A stretch of 64,000 nt of DNA from Podarcis liolepis (lineage: Eukaryota): NCBI GenBank assembly GCA_965112155.1, contig OZ218104.1; one strand, given 5' to 3'. The notes beneath the pieces are model-generated. The model made no database searches, was not told the origin of the DNA, and saw only the letters and a program-made list of their open reading frames with translations. Below, one piece after another: positions 12,653 to 24,231 of the stretch (position 1 is the first letter of the stretch; every line of letters starts with the position of its first letter). The position numbers and the translations under genes are program-made.

Positions 12653-13681
12653 TCAGTTTAAAGCCCTTCTGATGAGGTTTCTGAGATTTTTGGCAAAAAC
12701 ATTTCTCCCAACCGTTGTGAGGTGCAGCCCATCGCTTGCCAGAAGTCCATCTGCAAGAAACTGCAGTCCGTGATCTAAGAATCCAAACCGTTCCTGTTTA
12801 CACCATTTGCGAAGCCAGCTGTTCACTTCCACTATTTTTTCCTCCCTCCCTGGGCCACGTCGTTTAAGTGGGAGGACAGATGAGATGACTATTTGTGCAT
12901 TTAGTTGCTTCAATTTCCTGCCGAGAGCCTCGTAGTCTCTTTTGATCTTCTGGAGGCTATTGCTTGCAGTGTCATTGGTTCCCACATGAACCAAGAGGAA
13001 GGGGTATTTGTCAGTGGGTTTTATGATTCCTTGCAGTCGTTCAGTTACATCTTGGATCTTAGCCCCGGGGAGACAGCACACTTCCCGAGACATCTTGTCA
13101 GGCCCACAGATCACTGCTTCTGTTCCCCTCAGTAGGGAATCCCCTATCACCACTACACGCCTCCTCTTAGGTTTGGTCGGGGTTCTTCCGTGAGCTGTCC
13201 GTTCCAAGATCGCCTGCACATTCCCTGAAGACTGACTTTGCTGCTCGTCTTCATATACCTGATTGACTGTAATGAGGGAGAGATCCTCAAATGGAGTCTG
13301 CTCTTCGTCTTCCATGTTAGGGGAGAGGACCTCAAAGCGATTGTGTATTTCTAAACAATCAGAGCGAACCCTGGGCCTCCTACTTCTTTGAGTCACGTTT
13401 CTCCATATATCTGGCTCCTGTGTTGGTGAACTAGCCTCCTTCTCAGGGGAGTCCCCTGTCTCCTCCTTGGTGGAGACGGTGTGCTCTGTTGCTTCCAAGA
13501 AGAGCTCCAGCTCTCTAATTCTTTGGAGCGTAGCTACACGTTCCTCCAGTTGCTGGACTTTGTCTTTTAGGAGGGCAATCAACATGCAATTGCTGCAGGT
13601 AAAGCTGCCTGCAACCTTTGGCAAGATGGCAAACATTGCGCAGGAACCGCAGGCGACTGCAGCTGTTCCCTCCCCCTCCAT
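12653..13681 (-). CDS. CR1 ORF1 protein: N-terminal CxxC..CxxC zinc finger, coiled coil, SGNH/GDSL esterase domain
   Basis: 342 aa from the ATG at 13681 (strong Kozak context, AAGATGG). CGSC...CSNC, then the heptad region [19 protein letters not shown]. Esterase blocks [25 protein letters not shown]. Confidence 0.93.
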   Translation of the reverse strand: MEGEGTAAVACGSCAMFAILPKVAGSFTCSNCMLIALLKDKVQQLEERVATLQRIRELELFLEATEHTVSTKEETGDSPEKEASSPTQEPDIWRNVTQRSRRPRVRSDCLEIHNRFEVLSPNMEDEEQTPFEDLSLITVNQVYEDEQQSQSSGNVQAILERTAHGRTPTKPKRRRVVVIGDSLLRGTEAVICGPDKMSREVCCLPGAKIQDVTERLQGIIKPTDKYPFLLVHVGTNDTASNSLQKIKRDYEALGRKLKQLNAQIVISSVLPLKRRGPGREEKIVEVNSWLRKWCKQERFGFLDHGLQFLADGLLASDGLHLTTVGRNVFAKNLRNLIRRALN

Positions 13682-13749
13682 CTTGAGAACTTTAGCTCCC
13701 CTAAAAACTAAAAGATGGATGAAACTGCGCGCGCCTAGCGGCGCGCGCC

Positions 13750-14051
13750 GCTGCCCTGCTAGGTCTGATAAGCTCCTCCCACAGCTAATCCCCTGCCTCA
13801 ACAGAAACCCTGCCCCCTCTGACCTTTGCACCGGGAAAACAGCTAATCAGCCACAAAGAAACACACAATAAAACCCTTTTTGCTCCTTCTTCAACTGCTG
13901 CCCTGCTAGGTCTGATAAGCTCCTCCCACAGCTAATCCCCTGCCTCAACAGAAACCCTGCCCCCTCTGACCTTTGCACCGGGAAAACAGCTACAAGAAAC
14001 ACACAAGAAAACCCTTTTTGCTCCTTCTTCAACTGCTGCCCTGCTAGGTCT
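13750..14051 (-). repeat. Tandem monomer array in the CR1 5' UTR (147 bp + 138 bp + 17 bp partial)
   Basis: The unit gctgccctgctaggtct starts at 13750, 13897 and 14035. The two full units are near-identical apart from a small indel region. Confidence 0.95.
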
Positions 14052-15399
14052 TGCTTTTCACCAGCACCATTTCACCCATCCATTCTTAACATATTTGTCC
14101 ATTGCCTGCTCTGTGAGCATCTCAGGGCAGTGTGTGGCAAATCATAAAATACAATTTAAAAAAAACCAGTTGGATGGGTGACTGCATGTTAGGATTCCTG
14201 CAGTTCTACATGTCTATTATTCTATGTCTACAATGATGAAATCCAACCCACCTCCCTTACACCAGGCAGGAGGGGCCTGCTTGAATTGAGCAGAGATGTC
14301 CCTCCACTTGTTTCTGGCAGCTCCTACTGAGCTTGTGGAAGGGCCTTCATTGCCTTCTCTCTCCCTCTGCTGCAGTACTGTGGAATGACCATTGCTGGAG
14401 CCAGTTCTGAAAGGGAAGGAGCCAAACGGCAGCTGTTTCCAGCTGAGCTGACGCAGGGGACCTTTCTGCCTCACCTCTCCCTCTGCTGCAGCCCAGTGGC
14501 CAGTGATGGAGGCAGTTCCAGGAGGAGAGGCGATGCTGAGGACCACACTGTCTCACCTCTCTGCTGCAGCCATATGTGGATTACACATGTACATGATGTC
14601 TGTGAATGCTGAGCTGTCGTTTTTCAAACACACTTAGCAGAAGGCTGTATTCCTGTCAGGCATAACAATCAAAAGGGCCATTTCCCCCACAGACAGATAT
14701 AAAAAGGGGCACTCCACTCAGAACTCAAATACAGCGAGCCCAGTCTCAGCACGACATGTGAGAGGACAAGAATCTATAACATATGTAATGTGCAGATTTG
14801 GGGGTGGGTGGGGAAAGAAACCACAGCAAAGGTTTGTGGGTTGTTGAACACAGAAAAGAATATTTCAAAATTGTCACACACTGCCACTTATATAGCCAGA
14901 CAGATAAAATAAACCCCAGGAGGTTCCTCTGTGGTTTGTGGTGCTACATTCCTCTTCTGCTCCACAGCTCATAAAGAAATTACTATTTTGCATTGTCATA
15001 AAATCAGAGGGTGGGAACGTACGGCTCCTGTAGCCCCTGATGCTAATCAGGGCTTTGTGCAGATGAAGTGCATTTTGGACAGAGCAAGGGGTGAACCACA
15101 AGGTGGGGGTTTTTTTGTTAGTACTTTTTTTGATACAAAAGACTTGAGAATGCCAAAATGATAAAGGGGCTGGAGCAACTCCCTGATGAGGAAAGTTCCA
15201 ACATTTGAGACTTTTTAAGTTAGAAAAATGGTGAGTGAGGTGGGAGGGGGACAAGACGGAGGTGTATAAGATGATGCACAACTATGCTATTGGCTACCCC
15301 TGCGGGAAGTAATGTTATGCCTATATGAGCAGCTTGGCCACCTTCTTAGTTGTGCTCTAGCTTCCTTGAAGCTACAGAGAACAGAACTGGGTGAACCCT

Positions 15400-15836
15400 C
15401 AAGCAGGAACCAAGCACAAGAGCCCTCTCCTCTCCTGAGCTTTCCAGCAACTGCTCTTCACAATCGCTACTACCTCCAAATGTAGTATGGAGGTATACTA
15501 GCAACATAATGGCTAGTAGTCATCGGTAGCTATCTCCTCCATGAATTTGTCCAAGCCTCTTTTAAAGCCAGCTGAGTTGGTGGCCATCACTGTGGCAGTG
15601 AGTTCCATAGTTTAACTACCAGCTGCTTGAAGAAGTCCTTTCTTTGATGTGTCCTGAATCTTCCAACATTCAGCATGTCTACAAGTTCCAATGTTATGAG
15701 AGAAGGGAAGAGAACTTGTCTCTGTCTACTTTATCCACGACATGCATGATTTTATAAACTTCTGCCATGCCAGCTCTTACCTTTCCTTTTCTGTAAACTA
15801 AAAAGTCTCAAATGGTGCAGCCTTTCTTCATAGGGG
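15400..15836 (-). mobile_element. Older CR1-clade 3' fragment (second family)
   Basis: tcctccatgaatttgtccaagcctcttttaaagcca...gagttccatagtttaact. Related pieces at ~4395-4635(+), 6600-6745(-), 15110-15280(+), 45055-45320(+), 59522-59695(-) and 63505-63572(-). Confidence 0.7.
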
Positions 15837-17108
15837 TTCAACACAAGGGATGAAGTGGAATGGAATGGAACATGACAGAGCAGAAGCACTCTGTGCTGCA
15901 AGCGTTTTTTTTGCGGGTCCCACTTTGTTGCTCTTTGTTAATTCCCCCCCTTCCCCTCCTTTACCCTTCTTTCCTTATGCCCCCCCCCCACTCCTTCCTC
16001 TACCAGCTGGCTGCTTCAGCTGTTCGATTGATCTCTCCTCCAGCCTGGCTCTGCTGATCTCAAGCACAGTGGGAGGCAAAGAGAGGCTCAGAGGAATCAG
16101 CAGAGCGGCTGACAGACCAAATACAGGCATGATTCCTGTAGAAAATGCAAGGGAAGCACAATTGTTTATTTATTTTGCTGGGGGAAAGCCCTTTTGGAAA
16201 AGGAAGAGCTTCTCTTCTTCTTCAACTTTTTTATTGAAGAATTTGCAATATCGACACAGCTTGTTCTTTGTGGCCCTCATTTTTTCCCCCCAGCTGAAAA
16301 ACGAAAATAATTAAAGTAGACAAACAATCACGGCCATAATCTTAATTCAGTGTATAAAGATTCCTAATAGCAAGTATACCTTGGTTTGAATCGCCTAAAG
16401 ATATTTCTGATCTCAAAATTAGCTGCCTGTCTCTCAAAGGAAACTTCCATTACTTTTTATTCCAGTACAGTAAAAACGTACACATATTTTCACAATGATT
16501 CTTGATCCTATCAGTCAGTTCCAACATCAGCAGACACGCAACACCCTTCAGCAGCCATCAGTGACCTAACACTGGCAGGGCCCACAGCTGATGGGGAAAC
16601 CCCTTTAAGCAAGGCTCAGTTGCATGCTTAGTTAGGGAGACACCTCTATAAATTAAAATAACATTAATGGTTGGCTCCAGTGGTGTATTGAGAGCCAGCA
16701 TTTTAATTTCCAAGAATGCTTCAGGGGAAATCAAAATGGTAGAAAGTTAAACAATGGTCAAGGTCCCCCTCACATTTGGAACTAGCCCTGCCATTAGGCT
16801 TCCCTACAGCCATGTTCAGTTATTCATATTCTGAGTTGAATAACTCATTTTCTTTGCACACAAGAGCAAAGAGCACTGATGTGCACACCAACTCCATCCT
16901 TGTTGCCATCTCTGGTCTGCTGTGAGTGGATAAGGTTCAGACTAAAGACTTCATGGGAATCACTATCATTCTCAGACTGAGCCTTAAATAGAAACTTTAG
17001 CTCTGGCTCAGTAGCCTTTGCTGGGAGGAGCCTCATCATTTAAAAGGACCCAGCATGCATTAGCAACCATGAACTCTAATAGTGCAGGGAAGACTTCGGA
17101 GTCTAAGA

Positions 17109-17627
17109 CAGGAGTGGGGAACCCTTGGTTCATGAGATAATCTTGACCTGCCTGGGTGTCCAAGCTGGGTCACAAGGCCACCTTCCCCAAACCATACCCA
17201 TCTTCTCATCATCTGATGCCAGTTGTGACATCATCCGATGGGCCAGAGAGTGTGGTTACATCCTGCATCGGCTATGCATGCCCACTAGGGAACTGCCAAA
17301 GCAGTGGAATTTAACCCCACTCCCAACCCTGCTCATCAGCTGTGTTCAAGGTGTTTGAATGGAAACCACTGGCAAAATGAAGACTCTGGTTCAGGATGAG
17401 GCCTGCACTGGAATCACCTACTAAAATGAAAGGGGGGAATCATTGCTCTAGCAGCACTTTGCAAAGTGCTTTGAGGTCTTGACTTTGGAACTTGAAGGCA
17501 CCTTGCACCTGGTGGCTCTGTGATGTAAGGTGGTTGACAAGTGGGCTGCCCAAGTGTCCAATTTGATCCATAAAGCTGATCCTGAGAAAGATCACACCCA
17601 TGGAACCCAAAAGGTTCCCCATTCCTG
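17109..17627. mobile_element. Non-autonomous hAT (Charlie-like) element
   Basis: 15-bp TIR CAGGAGTGGGGAACC / GGTTCCCCATTCCTG (14/15). Degenerate 8-bp TSD GTCTAAGA / CACTAAGG. Confidence 0.75.
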
Positions 17628-18409
17628 CACTAAGGCTCCAGAATGGAGCCCTTCAAGTCAGAGGAGGGCAGCATGATGCCATTGGGCCAGAGGGACACTG
17701 CTACTATATGCTCTTTTAGCAGAAGGACTTCCAGTTTCCTAGATGCTTCTGGGGCAATTCCCTCTCCTACTCTGGATTCCCAACCTCATTCCCTTGAAGA
17801 AGGGAAATCTGGCCTCCAGGCCATCCTCCCTAAGCTGGAGGGTGACTGACTGCAGCAGAAAGCCTGCTCCTACAAACAAAAGCCCCCTGCATCATGAAGA
17901 ACCATGGGAAATGGGTAGCAAAGGTATGGCATGTAATTGTCCAATATATCCTGAACTGGAGAGAGCACAGCAAATCTCTTTCTTCTTCTTTTGCTTTGTT
18001 AGCCAAGGTTTGACGCTGCAGGTAAGGCTTTGCTCTGGAATGCGCCAGCTCTCTCGTTTTGACAGCTGTCTCCCGCTGCTGCCGAATTTCTTCGTACATT
18101 TTGATTTTAATGTAAAGTGCCAAGACAGTCATACCAACAGTGAGTCTCTGTTTAATATAAGCAGCAGAAAAGCAGGCCCTTGAGGCTTGGCATCCACTGG
18201 GGACAGAAGTTGTTATCAGAATTCATATGATGACAAGACTGTTAAAAAAAGAAAAAGGGAGAGAGAGAAACTTCGGCAGAATGTGCGCTATCCTTTTCAC
18301 TTCTTAACATTAACTAAAAAGTTAATACTAGCAATAATAGCAAACTACAAAGCGATGGGAGCCTGGAGTAAAATGTGGCCCCTTGGGCCCTTCTGTCCAG
18401 TCCTCATCC

Positions 18410-18560
18410 TACAGCCTGGACAGCTCGGTTGGTTAGAGCATGGTGCTGAGAATGCCAAGGTGGCAAGTTCAATCCCTGTATGGGAGAGCTGCATATTTCT
18501 GCATTGCAGGGGTTGGACAAGATGATCCTCAGGGTCCCTTCCAACTCTACAATTCTATGT
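18410..18560 (+). mobile_element. Short SINE: tRNA-like head fused to a CR1-type 3' tail
   Basis: cagctcggttggttagagc...agttcaatccc, then ggggttggac...ttccaactctacaattctatg. Related copies at ~24300-24435(-) and ~54855-54972(+). Confidence 0.7.
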
Positions 18561-21500
18561 TTCTCTTGAAGGCCCTGTTTTGCCTCCTCCTCCTCCAGTC
18601 CTTTTCTCTGGCTGCACTATTCCCTTACCTGAACTATGGCGAGATGTTTGTGGGGTGTAGATTTTTGTCTGGGTGAGATGTAGTCTCATATACAGCCCAA
18701 GAGTCACATCTGTGTTGCTCTGCTGCCACTGGTTTATCCACCATTTCCCATGAGAGAAGGTGACCTTCGGGCAGAATCTGACATAGATGTATGGGGCTTC
18801 TACTCAGTATTGTGGCCTCCAGATTCTGTGGTCAGACTCCAACTCCCATTATCCCTGACTATTGGCCATGCTATCTGAGGCTAATGGGAGTTGGAGTCCA
18901 TCAACATCTAGGGGGCCCCATATTCACCACATGTCAGACAGTGGGTCCACTTAGCTTGAGAGTCTCTGCTACCGCTGCTGGTGTAGGGGTAAGTTGTGAA
19001 ATCTAAGAGATCATCATGATGGCCTCCAAAGCCACACTCTCAAAGAGACTCCATAGTCATACATCTCAATAAAAGATGTGTTGGAGGCCATCATGATGAT
19101 CTCTTCACCCCCAGATGTGTTGATCCCCTTATGCCTGAAAGAGCAGCAATAAAGAACAATGGATGCAAATTGTTTCTACAGACAGTCAGAAATACCCTCT
19201 GATCATCTCATCATCATCCAGACATGCAAGAAGAGCCTGCTTGATCAGGCCAATGGCCCATCTAGACCTGCTTCCTGTTCTTACAGGGGCTAACCAGGCA
19301 TTATCAAGGACACATTCGCACCAGACTAAAACATTAAAGGAATGGTGTGAAGAACGGGTGGCCCAGAGATACTGTAGATGGTGTGGATGAGGAGAGGGTG
19401 GCCTGGCAAGAGTTCCAAGGGCCACATAGGAACGTTTGATGGCCCACATTTCCCCACCCCCCACTCCTGATGCAGTAGTGGTTAGCATGTTGGGGAGTCA
19501 TGGGGAGACCAGGCTTCCCATCCTTAGGAAGACTTTGGGCCAGGCTGGAACACAAGAATACTCGGTCCATCTAGCTCAGTATTGTCTACATTGACTGGCA
19601 GCATCTCTCCAGGGTTTCAGACAAGAAGTCTCTCCCATCCCAATCTGGAGATGCTGGGGAGTGAACCTGGGACCTTTGGCATGCTCAGCAGGTACTCTTC
19701 CACTAAGCCACGGCGCTTCTCTTCTGCCACTGTATGAGCTAAACTAGGGGATCATGCACCAGACCAGACCTGTCCTCCTAACTGTCCCTCCAAGCACTGG
19801 TAAATACCGCTCCAGAAGATGATGTCCTTACTCCTGCTGTGAAGAAAGTACACAAGTTGCACTCCCTGAGGTTCCTGCTTCACTGTTTGCAAAGTTTTGG
19901 TGCTCCACAGCACCTGAACTCTCGTTCGGTCCCTCCTGCAGCCGGTTAGCCAATGCCGGGAGTTGCTTTTCAGTCAACTTGCCCAGACGGATAAGCAAAA
20001 GTGACAATTTCATATGATGCATCCAGACAGAAGGGTTTCTTTCCCCCCGCTGCCCTCGAGTGATGAAGCTTGTCATATTCCCTTCCTGGGGAAGGCACAA
20101 GGTTAGCAATCGATGCCTTCATCATGAGCAGCTCTGGGCCATCCAGATATATCACGCGCCCAAACAGGCTTCTAATTACATTTAAGAAATACATATCATA
20201 CATATATAAACTGACATCAATATCGGAGTGGCGTTGCGAGCTGTCAAAAGGGATAAGGGCAATTCCCTCCGCGGCCCTTGACGGGCTGCAGTACCTGGTA
20301 AGGAGGTGCTATGAGCAGCATTATACGGCTGATTGAGTTATGACAGCCCTAACCCAACAGGGAAGCCAGCCAGCGAGGAATAACCAGGCCAGCATACAAA
20401 TGATGATAAAGTGATCCCTTTAAAGAACAATCTCCATAATATTTCATGCCCATTGCGTGGTGTAAAGGCAGGCTTGTCTGCGGGGCTAACTGCTCTATCA
20501 ATTGATGTGATTCACTGCTGCAGCTACTCCCCGTCATAATATTTCAAATAAATGGCACCATGGATGGAAATAATATCTGCATCAATATTAACCCTGAAAG
20601 GGCTAATGGACATGGACTATAATTTCCTGGACACCCTTAATAATGCATTTTGACTTCCCTTGGCATGGGGAGATTTTTCTTTCTTTCCCGTTCCTCCCTT
20701 TTCTATTTATTCATTCATTTATTTGCTGTGCCTTGCTTACAGAAAGCCTCTCTCCTCTTCCGCGTGAGATGTAACAGGGCAGGCCTGCGCAGGAGGGATG
20801 CCGTAGACCTTGGGGAAGGCAGAGGATTCCTGGGTGTCTGAGAAGAGCAAGGTTCAGTGACATCCTGAGGATTACACTTTGTTATACTCCAGGTTAAACT
20901 GTGGGGTACAGTGGGGAAGTGCTTATGCTATTGCTAATGTAGTCATAACAGCACCACACAGAGAGACAAACAAAGAAGGAGGTGTCAGCGGGTTTGGGGG
21001 AGTCACAAGGTTTGAGATACAAAAAGGACTGAGAAAGGACTGACAAGGGCAGGGTGTCCCAATGAGAGTTGAGCGTGCTCAGAAGCCACAAAATGCTGAT
21101 TTCTTGTGCCTGTTATCATTATTATTAGTAGTAAAACCAAAGACGGGAAAGATTGGAGTGCATGGAACGCTGAGCAGCATGCTGAACCACAACATTCTGT
21201 TGCAGATCTGACTTGTTCAAAAGGATCTGGTGACTTGGTCCCCACCACCACCTGCAATGTGAATAGAAGCCTCCAACTGCCTGCAGCAGCCACTGGTGCT
21301 CTAGCATTAAGGGAGTCTCAGTGCTGACTTTGTAGAGTTCAGCAGAGAGAAGGATGGGGGCAAAACCAGAATTGGTTAGCTCTGGTTATCACTGGCTCCA
21401 GCTCTGCCTTCAGTTAGGCTCCCTGCCTTCTGCCCTACAAGTCCCACGGGTACCAGCCTCCAATGGAGAAGTAGGGAGGAACAAAGAACCCTTTATTCCT

Positions 21501-22169
21501 TTGGCCCTTCTGTTTCTCCTGCATACATGCAACACATTCTGCAGTTCCTCTTCCCTTTGGGTCCCTCAGCAGCAAAAAGACTAGGGTGGCCATGACGGTC
21601 CTGCTGTACACAGGGCAGCCCTTTCAGATCCAAGTCCAACTGAAAGATAAAGAAGCCTAAGGAAGGACAAGCAGGAACACTGAAGCTGCCCATCAGCAGT
21701 GAGCTCCTGGACTGCAGACTGAGCAGGCACACCCAGGTCACCTGACCAAAGTCTTCTTAAATTATAGCCATTGGGTTGCGTCCAGTGTCAGTCCTAGAGT
21801 AGAGCTGCTGAAATTGATAGACAGGAGTAACTTAATTTTGATAGACAGGACCATTAATTTTGATGAGCTTGCTCTGAGCAGAACTTAGTTAGATACCAGC
21901 CATGATTTCTAAATTTGCAGCTATGCACATAAATTAACAGATGCCAATTTTATGCAGAGCTATTTCCTCCCCCCCTCCCTCTTGTGAACACCCTACATTT
22001 TCTTTCTTGACTACCAATAAGATGGTCATTTTCAGGGAATTCAGACCCAATGATGTGAAAATTAAACAACTCCACCGTCTTTCTGGTGGGAAAGGGTCAA
22101 TCAAGCACACCCCAATTCACCACTCACAGATTCCTTTAAGAAACACTGGGATCCAAGGATGCCATTTTA

Positions 22170-22345
22170 TTTCTTTAATTACATTTAATTGCATTTATAT
22201 TCCACCTTTCTCCCCATTTTATCCTCAAGAAAACTCTGTGAGGTAGGTTGGGCTGAGAGTGGGTGACTGGCCATGGCAGAGTGAAGATTTGAACCCTTGC
22301 CTTGCAGGTTTCAGCCCAGCGCTCTGATCACTACACCACACAGTT
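22170..22345 (-). mobile_element. Older MIR/CORE-like SINE
   Basis: ctgtgaggtaggttgggctgagag...atttgaaccc...cactacaccaca. Boundaries approximate. Confidence 0.65.
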
Positions 22346-22612
22346 GCCATGGTCGGGCCCTTGACCTGAGAGCTCACGTTCCCCCTCCCTTTGCCATCCT
22401 TTCATTCTCCGACACACAAGAGGATCCAGAGTAGCTCCATCTTGGCATCTCCTTGGGTTGGGTCAGCAAGGAGCAACCCCTGGTTTCCTTTTGCCTTGTT
22501 CTTCTATTTCCTTGTTTCATAGTTGCATTTTTACTTGTTTTTAACTTAAGGTGCCCCTTTGGAGACCTGTGGGCCAGGAAAGCATCTTAAGCACCAACCT
22601 AAATACATAACC

Positions 22613-22962
22613 GGGGTGCGGGTGGTGCTGTGGCTTAAATCACAGAGCCTAGGACTTGCTGATCAGAAGGTTGGAGGTTCGAATCCCCACAACGGGGTGA
22701 GCTACCATTGCTCGGTCCCTGCTCCTGCCAACCTAGCAGTTCGAAAGCACGTCAAGTGCAAGTAGATAAATAGGTACCACTCCAGTGGGAAAGTAAACAG
22801 CGTTTCCGTGCGCTGCTCTGGTTCGCCAGAAGTGGCTTAGTCATGTTGACCACATGACCCGGAAGCTGTATGCCAGCTCCCTCAGCCAGTAAAGCGAGAT
22901 GAGCACCGCAACCCCAGAGTCGGCCACGACTGGACCTAATGGTCAGGGGTCCCTTTACCTTT
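22613..22962 (+). mobile_element. Sauria SINE
   Basis: Colinear with the 1868 copy. (ACCTTT)n tail. 16-bp TSD ACCTAAATACATAACC at 22597-22612 and 22963-22978. Confidence 0.93.
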
Positions 22963-23941
22963 ACCTAAATACATAACCACGATAATTGCTACACCACCCT
23001 AGCTAAGCCTACGTCATGGATCAGTGCGCAGAATGACCATCCAAGACAACCCCGCTTTTGAATTCCACGTTTCTGCATGGTCGGGTGAAGCACACGTCTC
23101 CTTCATTGGACTCAGCGGCGGGAGCCTTTTCTGACCCCTCCATGATGTACGACCCCGTTCATTTTTCAGCTTAAACATGGCCAGAGCCACATAAGCAGAT
23201 GACGGTTTAAGTGAGAGCTTCTCCTCGGGATAATGCCCTCCCCGGCGAAAGGGTGGGTGCAAATGGATGGCTGCCTCGACGCCAGCGAGGGCCAAAGAGG
23301 GACATCTCCAAAGATTAATTCCTTGCGTCTCCTTTTAAAGTAAGATTAAATTAGCTTGTGTGAGCGGCTGTTAGCAGATGTGTTCCTCCATTATGCATGA
23401 TCCTCGACTGCTCCCAGCATGGACGCGGTGCTCTGTATGTTCCATTAGTGATTTCCAATGCTGCACTAAGCTTTAAGTCACACAGACAAGGCGCGGTATT
23501 GGGTTTACTTTGCGGATGTGTTTTCCTGGCAATTTCACAACCTTACCTGATCACTGCTATCGACCGGCTGTGTTTGGAATGGATAAAAGAATTAACCTGT
23601 GCAAGGGCTGCACAGTGGGATGTGGGCAGTATCCTATTTGTTTAGGAAAATCAATAGTACTCTGATGCCCCAGCAAAAAAAAGGGGGGGGGATTACATGT
23701 GTGTCAGCTTTCCCTGTCTCCTTGTCCATGCTTCCATTATTTTTATTTTTTTCACAGTCCCTGTTGCCCGAGCAATGTGGAGTTCTACACAACTTTTGCA
23801 CATGGTCTGGCTTCCTTAAGGAGCCTTCAAGAAACTGCTATTTTGCTTGTCATCTTCTGATTTGCATATATACAGTTTCAGCAACAGACCAGGCTACAGA
23901 AGCCACAAAGGCTGCAATCCTATCCAGACCTACCAAGGAGT

Positions 23942-24177
23942 CAGACCCTCCAAGTGTCCCTGTCTTCCAGAGACAGTCCCAATTTTACAGAAGTCAACCC
24001 GGTTTCTTTAGGATTCCCCTATTTTTATTGTAGAACTACTGGAAGGAATTGAGTTATGTGACACCCAAGCCAAGGAGATAGGTTTTTAGAAATGTTTAAT
24101 GTTTTATTATGTTTTTATGTATGTTGTAAACCACCTAGAGTGGCTGGAGCAACCTAAGTCAGATGGGCGGGGTATTA

Positions 24178-24231
<54 letters not shown>

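Larger units (their letters stand above)
9641..14051 (-). mobile_element. Full-length CR1-clade LINE retrotransposon, both ORFs intact
   Basis: ORF1 (esterase) and ORF2 (APE-RT) in tandem on the minus strand. The 3' end has the CR1 GTTGGA...TCCAAC stem-loop followed by (ATTCTATG)n. The 5' UTR is tandemly repeated. No clear TSD, only TCTT at both junctions. Confidence 0.97.

Noticed and set aside
13682-13831. 50-aa N-terminal extension of ORF1 in the ORF track
   Set aside because: It starts at a GTG inside the UTR monomer. The first ATG with strong Kozak context is at 13681.
9670-13871. Multiple plus-strand ORFs of 60-134 aa
   Set aside because: They are antisense shadows of CR1 coding sequence with no recognisable domains.
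13750-14051. CRISPR-like repeat array
   Set aside because: The units are contiguous tandem repeats without unique spacers, in eukaryotic DNA with no cas genes.
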